A stretch of 64,000 nucleotides of DNA from an uncultured Gammaproteobacteria bacterium (GCA_963764725.1 CAVXTM010000001.1:160001-224000); one strand, 5' to 3'. Positions 30,603 through 40,883 are shown, counted from the stretch's first letter. The notes: generated by a model not told the origin, from the letters alone. Numbers and translations: made by a program.

Positions 30603-30960
30603 CTGACCGAGTAAGTGCCGAAGTCGAGATCCGTCCGGCACCATGCGACGAGCTTCTCGTTGATGTCCGTGCCGTGAAACCGGACCTTTCCGGCGAGCGG
30701 CTTCCACCAGCGGATCACACGCCCGCAGCCCACCCCAAAGTCCAGCACGTCACGCAGCTGCTCCACCCTGACACCGTGTTTAGAACACACTTGCTCGATG
30801 AGCTGCGCCGCACGTTGCCCAAGCTCCAAGAACCGGATCGGATCGATGCTATGGGCGACGAGGTGGATCAACAATCGCTGGGGAGAAGATTCTCCTTTCG
30901 GATTCGCTTCTGATCTTCCGACAGGACATGTTCGAACGGGTACTCATTCATTGGATAAAG
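30603..30960 (-). pseudogene. Class I SAM methyltransferase, N-terminal part
   Basis: VLDFGVGCGRV..GTDINEKLVAWC..DFGTYSV ends exactly at the IS21 right end; frameshift near 30875. Confidence 0.85.
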
Positions 30961-31330
30961 GGGTGGACGGTATCCATTTCGGGGTACGGCTGGAGGATGC
31001 GGCCCAGTGCATTCTGGTGGTGATTGGCGCCACCGCCGAGGGTAACAAAGAATTGTTGGCGCTTGCCGACGGCTATCGGGAAAGTGAAGCCTCTTGGCGG
31101 GAGGTGCTATTGGATCTGAAAGCCCGCGGCCTATCCATCGATCCGCATCTGGCCACCGGCGATGGGTACACAAGACGGCTAACGTATTGAACAAGCTGCC
31201 TAAGAGCCAACAACCCAAGGCCAAGGTGGCGCTGCAGGAGATCTGGATGGCGGCCACCCGGCAAGAGGCCGAGCGCGCCTTCGATCACTTTTTGACCCTC
31301 TACCGTCCCAAGTATCCGAAAGCCGCGACG
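30960..31330 (+). mobile_element. IS256-family transposase remnant
   Basis: DGIHFGVR..GYRESEASW..LKARGL..ATGDG and WVHKTANVLNKLPK..KYPKA fragments with an internal deletion. Confidence 0.85.
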
Positions 31331-31606
31331 GCCACGATAAGAGACACTGAGCTTCGCCTCGATCCAATGCCGCAGCGTCGGCGTCCACTTCACGGACGTT
31401 CCATTAGGCCGGAACCGCTGACCCTGAGGCTACCTTGGCGGTAGTCGCTCCATTTACTCTATGCTGACACGATCGTCACGCCAGCTACGATCCACCTTTT
31501 TCACCTCGGCCTCCTAATTCGCGCTGCGAGCGACCAAAGACTGCAACCCCTATGTTTCCGCGCCGGCTTCGGTGCTACCTCTGTGTCGTCGGCCATTTTG
31601 CTATTC

Positions 31607-32509
31607 TTATGGCTTCTGCAGGACGCAAACGGCCTGTGCACCAGAAAATTTAGAGATGATTTCCCTTAGGCGAAAGTATCGGCTCCATTGACGGGCGACA
31701 TATGCATTTGAATGAAACACGTTGCACCTATATGGATCATCTCCCCGAAATGTCGAAACATGCCGACCATCCGGCATATCCTCTATTCCTATCAAATCGT
31801 CTCGGAATTTGAAGAATGTTTCGTTAAGAAATGGAGGCATGTTCTTCCAAGTAACTTCATTATGTATAGTTATTAGTGCAATTGACCCCCGTTTCAAAAT
31901 CCTCCTCAGTTCGAGTAACCAGGCGGTCTCTGTCTCGTCAATATGTGTGAAAACCGACATCGCTATGATCAGATCAACCGAATTGTCTTCGATCGGCAGC
32001 AAAGGAAAATAGGACCCTTGGAATGCCACGAGTCTAGTAGTGTGGAAGTTCTCTAGGTTCCATTCGACGGACGTCCTTTTAAAATCGGCCGTCCAAACGT
32101 CCCATTCCTGTGATTGATACAAGAAGTGCCGGAAAACACGTCCGGTAGACCCCCCAAAGTCGAAGAGTTGACCAGTTGTCACTCCATAACGTTGCGCCAA
32201 TTCCTTAATACGGAAATATTCACCTAGTCCGGAGAGCCAATATGCGAAATGTTGGTCGCCGGCATACCCTTCGCGGTTTAGTTTAGCGGGAATAGGAGCT
32301 GGGTCGCGTGCTAGTGCGGCACCAACGGTTTCGGGATTTAGGCAGTCACCGTAGGAATCGTATAGGTAGGGATATTTTGAGGCCATTTCTGCTGTGAACT
32401 GTGACGGATGTGCTGGCGACGGCTCCAGCTCATTCGCCTGCGCATAAGGATTGCAGTAAGCTAAAAGGCTGCTCACCTTTTCCGCTATTATTCTTTCGCT
32501 TTGTGACAT
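31607..32509 (-). CDS. Class I SAM-dependent methyltransferase
   Basis: LFDFGGSTGR motif I, SVFTHID, LLELRRILKRG. Confidence 0.88.
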   Translation of the reverse strand: MSQSERIIAEKVSSLLAYCNPYAQANELEPSPAHPSQFTAEMASKYPYLYDSYGDCLNPETVGAALARDPAPIPAKLNREGYAGDQHFAYWLSGLGEYFRIKELAQRYGVTTGQLFDFGGSTGRVFRHFLYQSQEWDVWTADFKRTSVEWNLENFHTTRLVAFQGSYFPLLPIEDNSVDLIIAMSVFTHIDETETAWLLELRRILKRGSIALITIHNEVTWKNMPPFLNETFFKFRDDLIGIEDMPDGRHVSTFRGDDPYRCNVFHSNAYVARQWSRYFRLREIISKFSGAQAVCVLQKP

Positions 32510-32790
32510 CGAAATCTCCGACAGTCCCGGATGAGAGAAATTGCAGCGCCGCAGCCGCGACTTAAGTGGAACACACCACGGCGCTCAAGAAACCCCAGTA
32601 CCGGTGGCGGAAACAACGCAGCTAATAAGACAACACCGAAAACGCCCCGCACCGTCACCGCTGGCCATCATTGTTGCGAAACGATTTCGCAGTGCCGTGT
32701 TCCTGACCCAAGGATCGCGGCATTCGCCGGACTGGTACGACGGCGATTGCTGGGATCCCGGCAAGCTCGACAAGTTCTCCTCCTCCCTAA

Positions 32791-34470
32791 CCCGGCATAG
32801 CCGGAACCAAGGTGTTGAATGTACTATTCTGGCGGATGGGCAATAAGAACTGAGATGGGTCGTCGCCATGAACTCCTTTGTTGAACGCCATCAAGCGAAG
32901 ATCGCCGCGGTGCTTTGTTGCTTTGACCGCATCGTGATCACTGGCACGCTTCCGGAGATCGCCCATGCCGAGGCTATGGCCCGGTATTTGGGTGTCCGGG
33001 GTATGCGTCTGTTTGACTACCCCCGCTGGGCAGAACCGCTGCGCGAGGCGCTTCGGACCCATGCCGAGCGGCTGGCCGCTGAGGCTTCGTTGGAAATTGA
33101 ATTCATCCGTCATTACAAGGCGTTTCGTAAAGAAGAACGGATCAAAGCGATTTTGGCTTTGCGCGGTGAGCACCCGGGGCTGGTGCATATCTTCTCGGCG
33201 ATGGAGGCCTGTCCTTCGTATCGCCCCTGGCATGACAAGCTTCAGCATACGACCCGTTTGAAGTCTACCCCGGGCAAGTGTTTGCATTATTACTTCTATT
33301 TCATCGATGAGATCTTCGGGCTCTGTTATGTCCGAGTACCCACCTGGGCACCGTTTCGCCTGCAGGTCTATTTGAACGGCCATCACTGGTTAGCCCAACG
33401 ACTGACCAAGACAGGGATCGCCTTTGAGCGCGCCGATAATGCCTTCTTGTCCATCGGCGATCCCCAACAGGCTCAGGCGCTTGCCGATAGCCTCGATCCC
33501 AAAGGCTTGCATCGGCGTTTGGACCGATGGGCGAAAAGCTTCTGTCCTATCTTGGGTCAGTTTCGCGCTGGTTATCACTGGAGCTTCATGCAGGTGGAGT
33601 TGCATCCTCGGCGCGCCAAGCAGGGCCACTCCCTGGCCCTGGCTTTCTCGACCGATGTCATCTTCCACCGCCAAGCCGATTTCCAACCCCTCTATCAAGC
33701 CATCGTGCGTACCGCCGTGCATGCCCTCAAGGCAGAACACGTCGCCACCTTCTTGGGACGCAAACTCACCTCGGCCTTCAGCGGGGAGGCCGGTAACGAT
33801 TTTCACACCCGCATTCAGGGTACACGCATCCGCCATCATATGGGACCAGCAAGCCTCAAGCTCTACGATAAATTCAGTCTCATGGCTCGGGTGGAATGCA
33901 CCGCCAACGATGTCTCCTTCTTCAAACACCACCGTTGGGTGGAACAACGCAATGGGCGCAAGCAATTCAAACTCGCACCCCTGCGAAAAAACATCTATAG
34001 CCTCCCCGATCTGCGAGAGCTGATGCATGCTGCCAATGAACGCTATCTCAGCTTCATGGCCAGCATCGATAACCCCAATGCAGCTCTGCACGCCATCGAC
34101 AAAATGGCCAAACCTGTACGAGAGAAAGACCGCTCCTATCGGGGCTTCAATCTCTTCCTCGGTGAAGATCATAGCCTTTTTATTACCCTCGCCCGCGGGG
34201 AGTGGAACATCAGCGGCTTTCGCGCCTCCGATCTCCGAGCCCATCTCCGGGATCTCTCCACCGGCCGTGCCTCCTACTGGTTGAAACGCTTGCGCACCCA
34301 TGGCCTCATCAAAAAGATTGGACATCGCTACAAGTACTACCTCACGACATTCGGTCGTCGTGTGCTCAGCAGCGCACTCGCTATCCGAGAGTATGTAGTC
34401 ATGCCTGCTCTCAATACCGCTCATGCATGACACTCTTTGCTTTTTTGCACAAGATTTCATGGATAAGGGA
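32791..34470 (+). mobile_element. Unclassified IS-like element without terminal inverted repeats, flanked by CTAA
   Basis: CTAA at 32787-32790 and 34471-34474; single ORF; interrupts a recognisable coding tail. Confidence 0.8.
32868..34430 (+). CDS. Putative transposase of unknown family (KLYDK...RVE core, C-terminal winged helix)
   Basis: 520 aa ORF fills the element; no evident DDE family motifs; C-terminal RLRTHGLIKKIGHRYKYYLT wHTH. Confidence 0.7.
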   Translation: MNSFVERHQAKIAAVLCCFDRIVITGTLPEIAHAEAMARYLGVRGMRLFDYPRWAEPLREALRTHAERLAAEASLEIEFIRHYKAFRKEERIKAILALRGEHPGLVHIFSAMEACPSYRPWHDKLQHTTRLKSTPGKCLHYYFYFIDEIFGLCYVRVPTWAPFRLQVYLNGHHWLAQRLTKTGIAFERADNAFLSIGDPQQAQALADSLDPKGLHRRLDRWAKSFCPILGQFRAGYHWSFMQVELHPRRAKQGHSLALAFSTDVIFHRQADFQPLYQAIVRTAVHALKAEHVATFLGRKLTSAFSGEAGNDFHTRIQGTRIRHHMGPASLKLYDKFSLMARVECTANDVSFFKHHRWVEQRNGRKQFKLAPLRKNIYSLPDLRELMHAANERYLSFMASIDNPNAALHAIDKMAKPVREKDRSYRGFNLFLGEDHSLFITLARGEWNISGFRASDLRAHLRDLSTGRASYWLKRLRTHGLIKKIGHRYKYYLTTFGRRVLSSALAIREYVVMPALNTAHA

Positions 34471-34699
34471 CTAAGCAGCTCGTTCGATTCCGCCATCACC
34501 TCCGCGGCGAGCCCATCCGGTTCCTCCTCGGGAAGCGGCGGTGGGGGTTCCTCACGGGGAGGCGGGGGGCGGAGGCGGGTGGTAGACAAGTTACAGGGCT
34601 CAAGTCTCCTACCTTGCATAACGTGAAATAGGGGAGACGTGATTCCGTATTTGCGTACAACCTTATTCCTACCGTTCCAGCCCGTGTTCGCGTCCACCA

Positions 34700-34846
34700 G
34701 GTCGATCTTTCCGTGAGTCAACGCCGTATCCGCATGCACGCTGGCCTCCAAGCGATGTGAAACGGAGCTTCAGTCTTGAAGTGCCGAAGTTCGTTCTGTA
34801 GCGCTTTCAGGTGTTCGAGAATCAAGTTTACAACGTTGTCGGTCAT
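34700..34846 (-). pseudogene. Remnant of a small coiled-coil hypothetical protein
   Basis: MTDNVVNLILEHLKALQNELRHFK, then frameshift. Confidence 0.35.
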
Positions 34847-35147
34847 ATCGGCTCTCTCGTAGGAGCGTCGTTGTAGCGTGCAGAGAGAGTGTACCATGAC
34901 CTGATAACTCAAACCGGGGGGAAACGCACGTCGTCGCGGATTATCGTGGTCCCTTGGTCGTGTAAGGGGGGTTGGTTACGGGTTCCGCCTTCGCGGGTTG
35001 TGCGTTCCTCCAGGTGAACGCGCGGGCGGCGGGCTATGTGGCCCCAATCCGTCACAACAAACCGATCCTGAACATCCCTCCTTTAGTCCTTCCTCTAATC
35101 CTTTAATCGCCGGTGAAAGGCTAGGCTGACACCACTTCGAGAAATAG

Positions 35148-36162
35148 GTCGGGTAGACCTGGGTAGTCGCCCACCCAGGTCCCCCTCAGATCCGGACATG
35201 CGCGACTAACGCATCCGGCTCCTCAGACAATGGTTTCGCTGCGCGCTTCAGATATGAATGAACGATGCGGGCAGGTGGCAAAGGATGACGAGCCAGAAGA
35301 CGACTCGCATGATCCCAATTGAAACGCCCTCGCTGAGAGCGGCGCCGTAGCCATTTAAGCCACAGTCGTTCCACATGGTAGCAGAGGCGTTGCAGCAACC
35401 GGATATTGCCGGTGATGCCGTAGTAGGCGTAATGACCGCGTAGCTTCCGCTCCAGGTGGGCGCGCTGCTCGCACACCGGCAGGTGGCGGAACCGGCGACA
35501 CCAGAGCTTGATTCGGAGCAGGGCTCGACGGAGACGGTCCTTGGCCGTCTTCTGCTGAATGACCCAGTAGCCCCGGCGTGAGCGACCCCAATAATGGGTA
35601 AAGCCCAAGAAAGTGAACGTTCCCAGCACCGAAACGGTCCCTCTGCGATGCGCTGGCGCGAAATGCACCAGCCGAGTCTTTGTGGGATGCAGCGTCAACC
35701 CATATTTGGCAAACCGCTTGGGTAAGACAGCCAGCACCCGTCGCGCATCGGCCTCCTCGGCAAAGCACAAGAGCGCATCGTCAGCGAATCTGACAGTGAA
35801 CGCACGGCCTCGCAGCCGCGGCCTCACCTCTGCCGCAAACCAACGGTCCAGTACCTCGTGGAGGTAGATGTTCGCCAAAATCGGTGAAACCACAGCCTGC
35901 CTCCGGAAACGTCACCTTCTCTCGCTCCATAACACCGGCGTTAAGCCACTTGTCAATCAAACGACACAGCACACCATCACGCACCCGTTGCTTGATGAAC
36001 GCACGAAGCTGCGAATGATCGAGCGTATCGAAAAATGACCAATCATCCAGCCACCTCCCATCGCCATCGTCGACTGCCACAAGACATCGAGCGCTTGATG
36101 TGCCGAACGGCGGGGCCGAAACCAAAGGAGCAGTCCAAAAAGTCCTGCTCGAAAAGGGGTTC
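35148..36162 (-). mobile_element. Second group II intron, 3' half only
   Basis: Domain V GAGCCGGATGCG..GTCCGGATCT and domain VI ending CCCGAC at 35148; RT fragments [29 protein letters not shown] plus X domain. Confidence 0.9.
35186..36162 (-). pseudogene. Group II intron RT/maturase, 5'-truncated with internal deletions
   Basis: ORF pieces 35186-35893 and 35781-36125; PQG motif deleted. Confidence 0.85.
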
Positions 36163-37223
36163 TAGTGACCTGTAACAGGCACTTTAGTAGTGATGCGGCG
36201 TGAGGGATCAAAGTATTTCCACTTCACGGTTTTAGGTTTCTTGTTGTAGTGACGGATATAGCGCATGAGTTTTCTTTTAAGATCATTGACCGAAGTGAAG
36301 ATGCCGCGGGCGATGACATCGCGCTCGATCTTGGCGAACCACAGCTCCACTTGGTTTAGCCAAGAGGAGTAAGTGGGGATGAAATGAAGACGCACGTTCG
36401 GATGCTGGTCAAGGAACTCTTCTACCCGCTTGGTCTTGTGAGCCGAGAGGTTATCCGCGATGACATGGATCTCCTTGTTCTTGGGTTGGCTCGCCACGAT
36501 GTCGGTCAAAAACGCGACAAACTCCGCGGAGGTATGGCGATCGGCGGTCTTACCCAGAATCCCTCCGGTTTTGGTGTTGAAGGCGGCGTACAGACTCAAG
36601 GTGCCGTGCCGGTAATACTCAAAGCCGTGCCGCTCGGCGCGTCCCGGGGAGAGCGGCAGCAGCGGGTCTTTACGGTCCAAGGCTTGGATGGCGGTCTTCT
36701 CGTCCACGCAGAAGACCGCGGCGTGTTGCGGGGGGTTCAGATACAACCCAATGATGTCAGCCGCCTTAGCCTCGAAGTCCGGGTCGTTGGAAGCCATATA
36801 GCGCTCCACCCGATGGGGTTTCAACCCATGCTTAGCCCATACCCGCGCTACCATCATATGAGAAAGCCCAAGCTCGCGCGCAAGCTTGCGGGTGCTCCAA
36901 TGCGTGGAGCCATCGGGCGGTTTCTTCTTGGTGGTCCAGGCCAAGATCTTCGCTTCGCCTCGCACATCGAGTTTGTTCGCCGGCTGTCCCCTGTGCCGAC
37001 TGTACAAACCGGCAAGCCGCTCGTCACTAAAACGTTTGCTCCAGCTATTGATAAACCCATCATTGCATGCGAGCTTGCTTCGAATCTCAGCCCATGTGTG
37101 GCCTTGCTCAAGCAACAAAATCAACCGTGCGCGGCGCGCATCCTCCGCACGGCCCGTCCGACTTATGGCTCGCTTGGTCAATTCCACACGTTCGGTTTCC
37201 ATCAATTTTATCGCGGTTTTCAT
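36162..37223 (-). CDS. IS630 transposase, apparently intact
   Basis: THWSTRKLA, CVDEKTAIQ, YYRHGT, ADNLSAHK, PTYSSWLNQVE; stop TAG formed at the target site. Confidence 0.93.
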   Translation of the reverse strand: MKTAIKLMETERVELTKRAISRTGRAEDARRARLILLLEQGHTWAEIRSKLACNDGFINSWSKRFSDERLAGLYSRHRGQPANKLDVRGEAKILAWTTKKKPPDGSTHWSTRKLARELGLSHMMVARVWAKHGLKPHRVERYMASNDPDFEAKAADIIGLYLNPPQHAAVFCVDEKTAIQALDRKDPLLPLSPGRAERHGFEYYRHGTLSLYAAFNTKTGGILGKTADRHTSAEFVAFLTDIVASQPKNKEIHVIADNLSAHKTKRVEEFLDQHPNVRLHFIPTYSSWLNQVELWFAKIERDVIARGIFTSVNDLKRKLMRYIRHYNKKPKTVKWKYFDPSRRITTKVPVTGH

Positions 37224-37262
37224 GACCGCGATTATACTGCTAACTTATATGTTACAGGCCAC
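36165..37262 (-). mobile_element. IS630-family element
   Basis: Inverted ends GTGACCTGTAACA / TGTTACAGGCCAC; TA (in CTAG) on both sides. Confidence 0.92.
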
Positions 37263-37294
37263 TAGTATATGGTTACTGTAATATATTTACACAT

Positions 37295-38008
37295 ATGCCT
37301 GCTGGTGTCATGATGTCCGCCCGAGTCCTCTCGGGAGTCGAGGCCGTGGTGCGCCGCATACCCGGGTTCTGCGCCGACATGGAGATCCTGTTCATCGAGG
37401 GCCACAGCAAGGACGGCACGTTGGACGAGATCCGGCGCGTGATCGCGGCTTATCCGCAATTCGACATCAAGGTGCTAATGCAGGACGGCAAGGGGAAGGG
37501 CGATGCGGTGCGCAAGGGCTTTGCCAATGCGAGAGGCGATGTGCTGATGATCCTCGACGCCGACCAGACGATGCCACCCGAGGCGTTGCCGCGTTTCTAC
37601 GAGGCGCTGGTAAGCGGCAAGGGCGAGTTCGTGAACGGCACCCGGCTGGTCTACCCGATGGAAAAGCAGGCGATGCGCTTCCTTAACCATTTCGCCAACC
37701 AAGTGTTTTCGTGGCTGTTCAGTTGGCTGCTGAACCAGCGTTTCACCGATACCCTCTGCGGCACCAAGGTGCTTTCGAAGCGCCACTACGAGCAGCTCGC
37801 CGCCAGTCGGAGCTATTTCGGCGACTTCGATCCCTTCGGTGATTTCGATCTCATTTTCGGCGCGGCCAAGCTCAACCTCAAAATCATCGAGATCCCGATC
37901 CGCTATGCCAGCCGCACCTACGGTGAGACACAGATCTCGCGCTTCCGCCATGGCTGGCTTCTGCTGCGCATGGTAGTTTTTGCGTTCCGCAAGCTAAAGG
38001 CATTCTGA
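37295..38008 (+). pseudogene. GT2 (polyprenol-phosphate glycosyltransferase-like), probably 5'-truncated
   Basis: EGHSKDGT, GKGDAVRKG, ILDAD, DTLCGTK; homology begins abruptly just after IS630. Confidence 0.75.
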
Positions 38009-38759
38009 TGAGCGAAGAAATCCTGCGGAACCATCGCGAGTTGTGGCGGCAGAAACCAGTCCTTCGTGCCATTTATTCCGACTTCTACGAGAGAATTACG
38101 GCTGCCTGTCGTCCCGGCCTTTCCTTGGAAATCGGCGGTGGATCAGGCAACCTAAAAGACTTCGCGAGGGAGGTTGTATCCACCGATATCGTCCAGGTGC
38201 CATGGCTGGATGCGGCGGCGGATGCTCAAGCGCTTCCGTTCGCCGCGGGAAGTTTCGCAAACGTGGTCTCCGTTGAACGTGCTGCACCACATCGAACGGC
38301 CGCGGCGATTCCTTGCAGAGGCCGAGCGGGTGCCAACCTGGTGGCCGTGTCATCTTGCTTGAACCCGCGATCACTCCCATTAGCTGGGCGTTCTATCGCT
38401 TTTTCCATCCCGAGCCGGTTGTTTTGAGTGCCGATCCTTTGGCGGACGGGCCGCTCGATTCGAACCGGGAGCCTTTCGATGCTAATCAAGCGATTCCTAC
38501 GCTGCTGTTCGAACGCTATCGGCAGCGTATGATTCAGGCCTTCCCTGGCTTAAAGATCGTCCAACTAAAACGGCTCAGTTTGTTCGCGTATCCTCTATCC
38601 GGCGGGTTTCGTTCCTGGTCCTTAATCTCAGCCGCCGTCGTCGGTCCAATGCTAAGCCTAGAGCGGAGGCTTTCTCCTCTAATCGGCCGCTTGGCAGCCT
38701 TCCGGCTTTTCGTTGTCATCGAGAAGCAGGACGCATACGCTAATTCGCGACATTTGTAG
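38008..38759 (+). pseudogene. Class I SAM methyltransferase, frameshifted
   Basis: LEIGGGSG / NVLHHIERP / PGGRVILLEP..YPLSGGF lie in three frames. Confidence 0.85.
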
Positions 38760-38764
38760 CCGTA

Positions 38765-39814
38765 ATGACCGCAGTCCGTCAATCTGGTCGGAGCGAGTCT
38801 TCGCTGAAGCGTGGGGGCTTCGTTCGAGTCGCGGTTACCGTTCTGATCCTTGCCTATCTTGGTTTCAAGGTGCATTGGGCTGAATTGGGGAAACAATTTC
38901 TCAGGAGTGATCCACTTTGGTTACTGCTCGCCTGTTTCATTTTTGGCGCAGCGTTTCTACTTGGGAGCCTCCGTTGGTGGCTCCTTCTAAAGGTGCAAGA
39001 GATCTATTTACCCTTTCGAGTCGTTACGGCACTCACGTTTGTTGGGCAGTTCTTCAACTCCTTTCTGCTTGGGGCAACCGGTGGCGATGTCGTGAGGACT
39101 TTCTATACGTTGAAGTACAACCCTCAGCAAAAGACTCACGCTACACTCTCAGTCATTGTTGATCGGGTTATGGGCGTGGTGACGTTACTCTTTTGTGCTC
39201 TTATCGGATTAGCCTGGCAGCTTGGCCGCGTGATGCAGCGTGATGACATCCGTGTAATCGGCCTCGCGCTGTTAGTCGTTTTCGGAGTAATCGTAGCAGG
39301 CATGACGAGCCTCGCCCTTATACCCTTCAGGCGATTGCCAGCCGTATTTCACCGATTCTGGAATACAATTCCCAGGCGTCACAATCTTGAATTGCTTATC
39401 GGTGGGCTGCGCCAACACGGCAAGTCAGTGCACCTTACGATTTATGCCCTGCTCTGTAGCTTTGCCATTCACGTTCTCGTTTTCACGGCGGCTTTTTGTA
39501 TTGGCCAAGCTATTCATCTCGATGCGACGTATGGGGAGATTATCGTCGTACTCGCGGTCGTAATCTGTGTTGTCAGCTTGCCAATTAGCATAGGTGGTCA
39601 TGGCGTCCGTGAAGGAGCGTTCGTCCTAATGTTTGCTGCGTTCGGTATCATTTCTATCGATCGATACACGGGTATGGGTCAAGAGCCCGCAATCTTGTTT
39701 TCCCTCTTATTTTTTGCCCTGCTCTCGGTATGGAGCTTTATAGGCGGATTGATCTACCTCACCTTCGACCATGCCTACCACAATGCCGGGTCGTCGGCCC
39801 CGCGATACCCATAA
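38765..39814 (+). CDS. Lysylphosphatidylglycerol-synthase-TM / flippase-like membrane protein
   Basis: FFNSFL..GGDVVR, VDR and PISIGGHGVRE motifs; multiple TM segments. Confidence 0.85.
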   Translation: MTAVRQSGRSESSLKRGGFVRVAVTVLILAYLGFKVHWAELGKQFLRSDPLWLLLACFIFGAAFLLGSLRWWLLLKVQEIYLPFRVVTALTFVGQFFNSFLLGATGGDVVRTFYTLKYNPQQKTHATLSVIVDRVMGVVTLLFCALIGLAWQLGRVMQRDDIRVIGLALLVVFGVIVAGMTSLALIPFRRLPAVFHRFWNTIPRRHNLELLIGGLRQHGKSVHLTIYALLCSFAIHVLVFTAAFCIGQAIHLDATYGEIIVVLAVVICVVSLPISIGGHGVREGAFVLMFAAFGIISIDRYTGMGQEPAILFSLLFFALLSVWSFIGGLIYLTFDHAYHNAGSSAPRYP

Positions 39815-39872
39815 GGGCGTCGACCAAGATGTAATGGTCCTCCATGGCTTGCCGCAGCGAGGAACCGTGGAA

Positions 39873-40883
39873 TCACCGGCTGCCTGGCCGCTTTCCGCGC
39901 TGCGCGCCAATTTCCACCGCAATCAGTGCGATCAGTTGAGACAGCAGGGCCGTATCAAGCGGCGCCGGTGTCGCGTCATCGCCGTCGAGGAGCTCGTCAA
40001 ACAGAGGGCCTGGTTCTTTGAGGAAGCGCCGCGCGACTTCTGCGTTGGACACCTGGTAATAAGCGACGATCTCGGCCGCGAGACTTTTGCTCATGCGGTA
40101 ACGGGTGCTTATCGTCCGGGCGGCCATCGCCTTTCCGATAAACCAGTCCAGCTCGCTGATCTGGGTGACAGTGTTTGCGATTCGTTTGAACTCGAGCAAC
40201 TCGGCCGGCAGGCTCGCATTGATGTAATCGTCCGCCGCGGACGCAAGACTATTGATGTCCGCTTCCTCGAATTTGAGATCGCAGGCTTCCAGGACGGCCT
40301 TGGTGAACAGATGCCCCGGCGCCTCGCGCGTAACTCGTTCGAAAACCAAAACGCGCAGGGCAGCGTCTCCGAATTCTCCGGCCCAGGCTGAAAGCTTAGC
40401 ATACCAGTCCCAAGGGGAAGCCTGTCGGGGGGACCAAACCAGAGGCTGTGTGCGGCCCGTTCCCTTCACTTGCTGGTTGTAAATGGACTCGAGAAACCGA
40501 TCCTGCCGGCGCAAGCACACGATGATACGGACGTCCCGCGCGTGAATGCCGAATCGAGCGAGAAGGCGCGCGGTGGCCTGCGGCCCGCAGTCATTTAGGT
40601 ATTCGCTCGATATAAGAATGTGCTTACGTTCACGCACCGCAGCCTCGACTTCTGAAACAACGGCGTCATTGCCGCTGGCTAGAACACTCTGATAGTGCGA
40701 CCACGCAAATCGGGGATCGCTCTTGTCGAGGGCCTCAATCGCAAACCGGTGATGCGCCATGATCCCCAGGGGCGTCCAGTAACCCTTGGGATCTAACAAG
40801 GGACGCAGCTTTTGAATTGCGCCTTGGACTGTGCTTGTAGCGGTTTTCGGCAAGCCAATGTGCAGATATACAGTCGTCATCAA
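39873..40883 (-). CDS. Sulfotransferase-like protein
   Basis: LHIGLPKTATS, ISSEY, LRRQD, SN..VA motifs. Confidence 0.75.
   Translation of the reverse strand: MMTTVYLHIGLPKTATSTVQGAIQKLRPLLDPKGYWTPLGIMAHHRFAIEALDKSDPRFAWSHYQSVLASGNDAVVSEVEAAVRERKHILISSEYLNDCGPQATARLLARFGIHARDVRIIVCLRRQDRFLESIYNQQVKGTGRTQPLVWSPRQASPWDWYAKLSAWAGEFGDAALRVLVFERVTREAPGHLFTKAVLEACDLKFEEADINSLASAADDYINASLPAELLEFKRIANTVTQISELDWFIGKAMAARTISTRYRMSKSLAAEIVAYYQVSNAEVARRFLKEPGPLFDELLDGDDATPAPLDTALLSQLIALIAVEIGAQRGKRPGSR

Larger units (their letters stand above)
32660..34585 (+). pseudogene. DUF2207-like membrane protein C-terminal remnant, split by the element at 32791-34470
   Basis: HSPDWY..KFSSSL | SSSFDSAITSAASPSGSSSGSGGGGSS..GGGW*; removing the element restores the frame. 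Confidence 0.7.

Noticed and set aside
31437-31448. ops/JUMPstart-like GGCGGTAG
   Set aside because: Lacks the downstream nnTG and is not at the head of an operon on that strand.
33390-34751. 453-aa antisense ORF
   Set aside because: It is the shadow of the plus-strand transposase and of the Gly/Ser-rich tail, with no recognisable motifs.
36384-37265. 293-aa plus-strand ORF
   Set aside because: Antisense shadow of the IS630 transposase.
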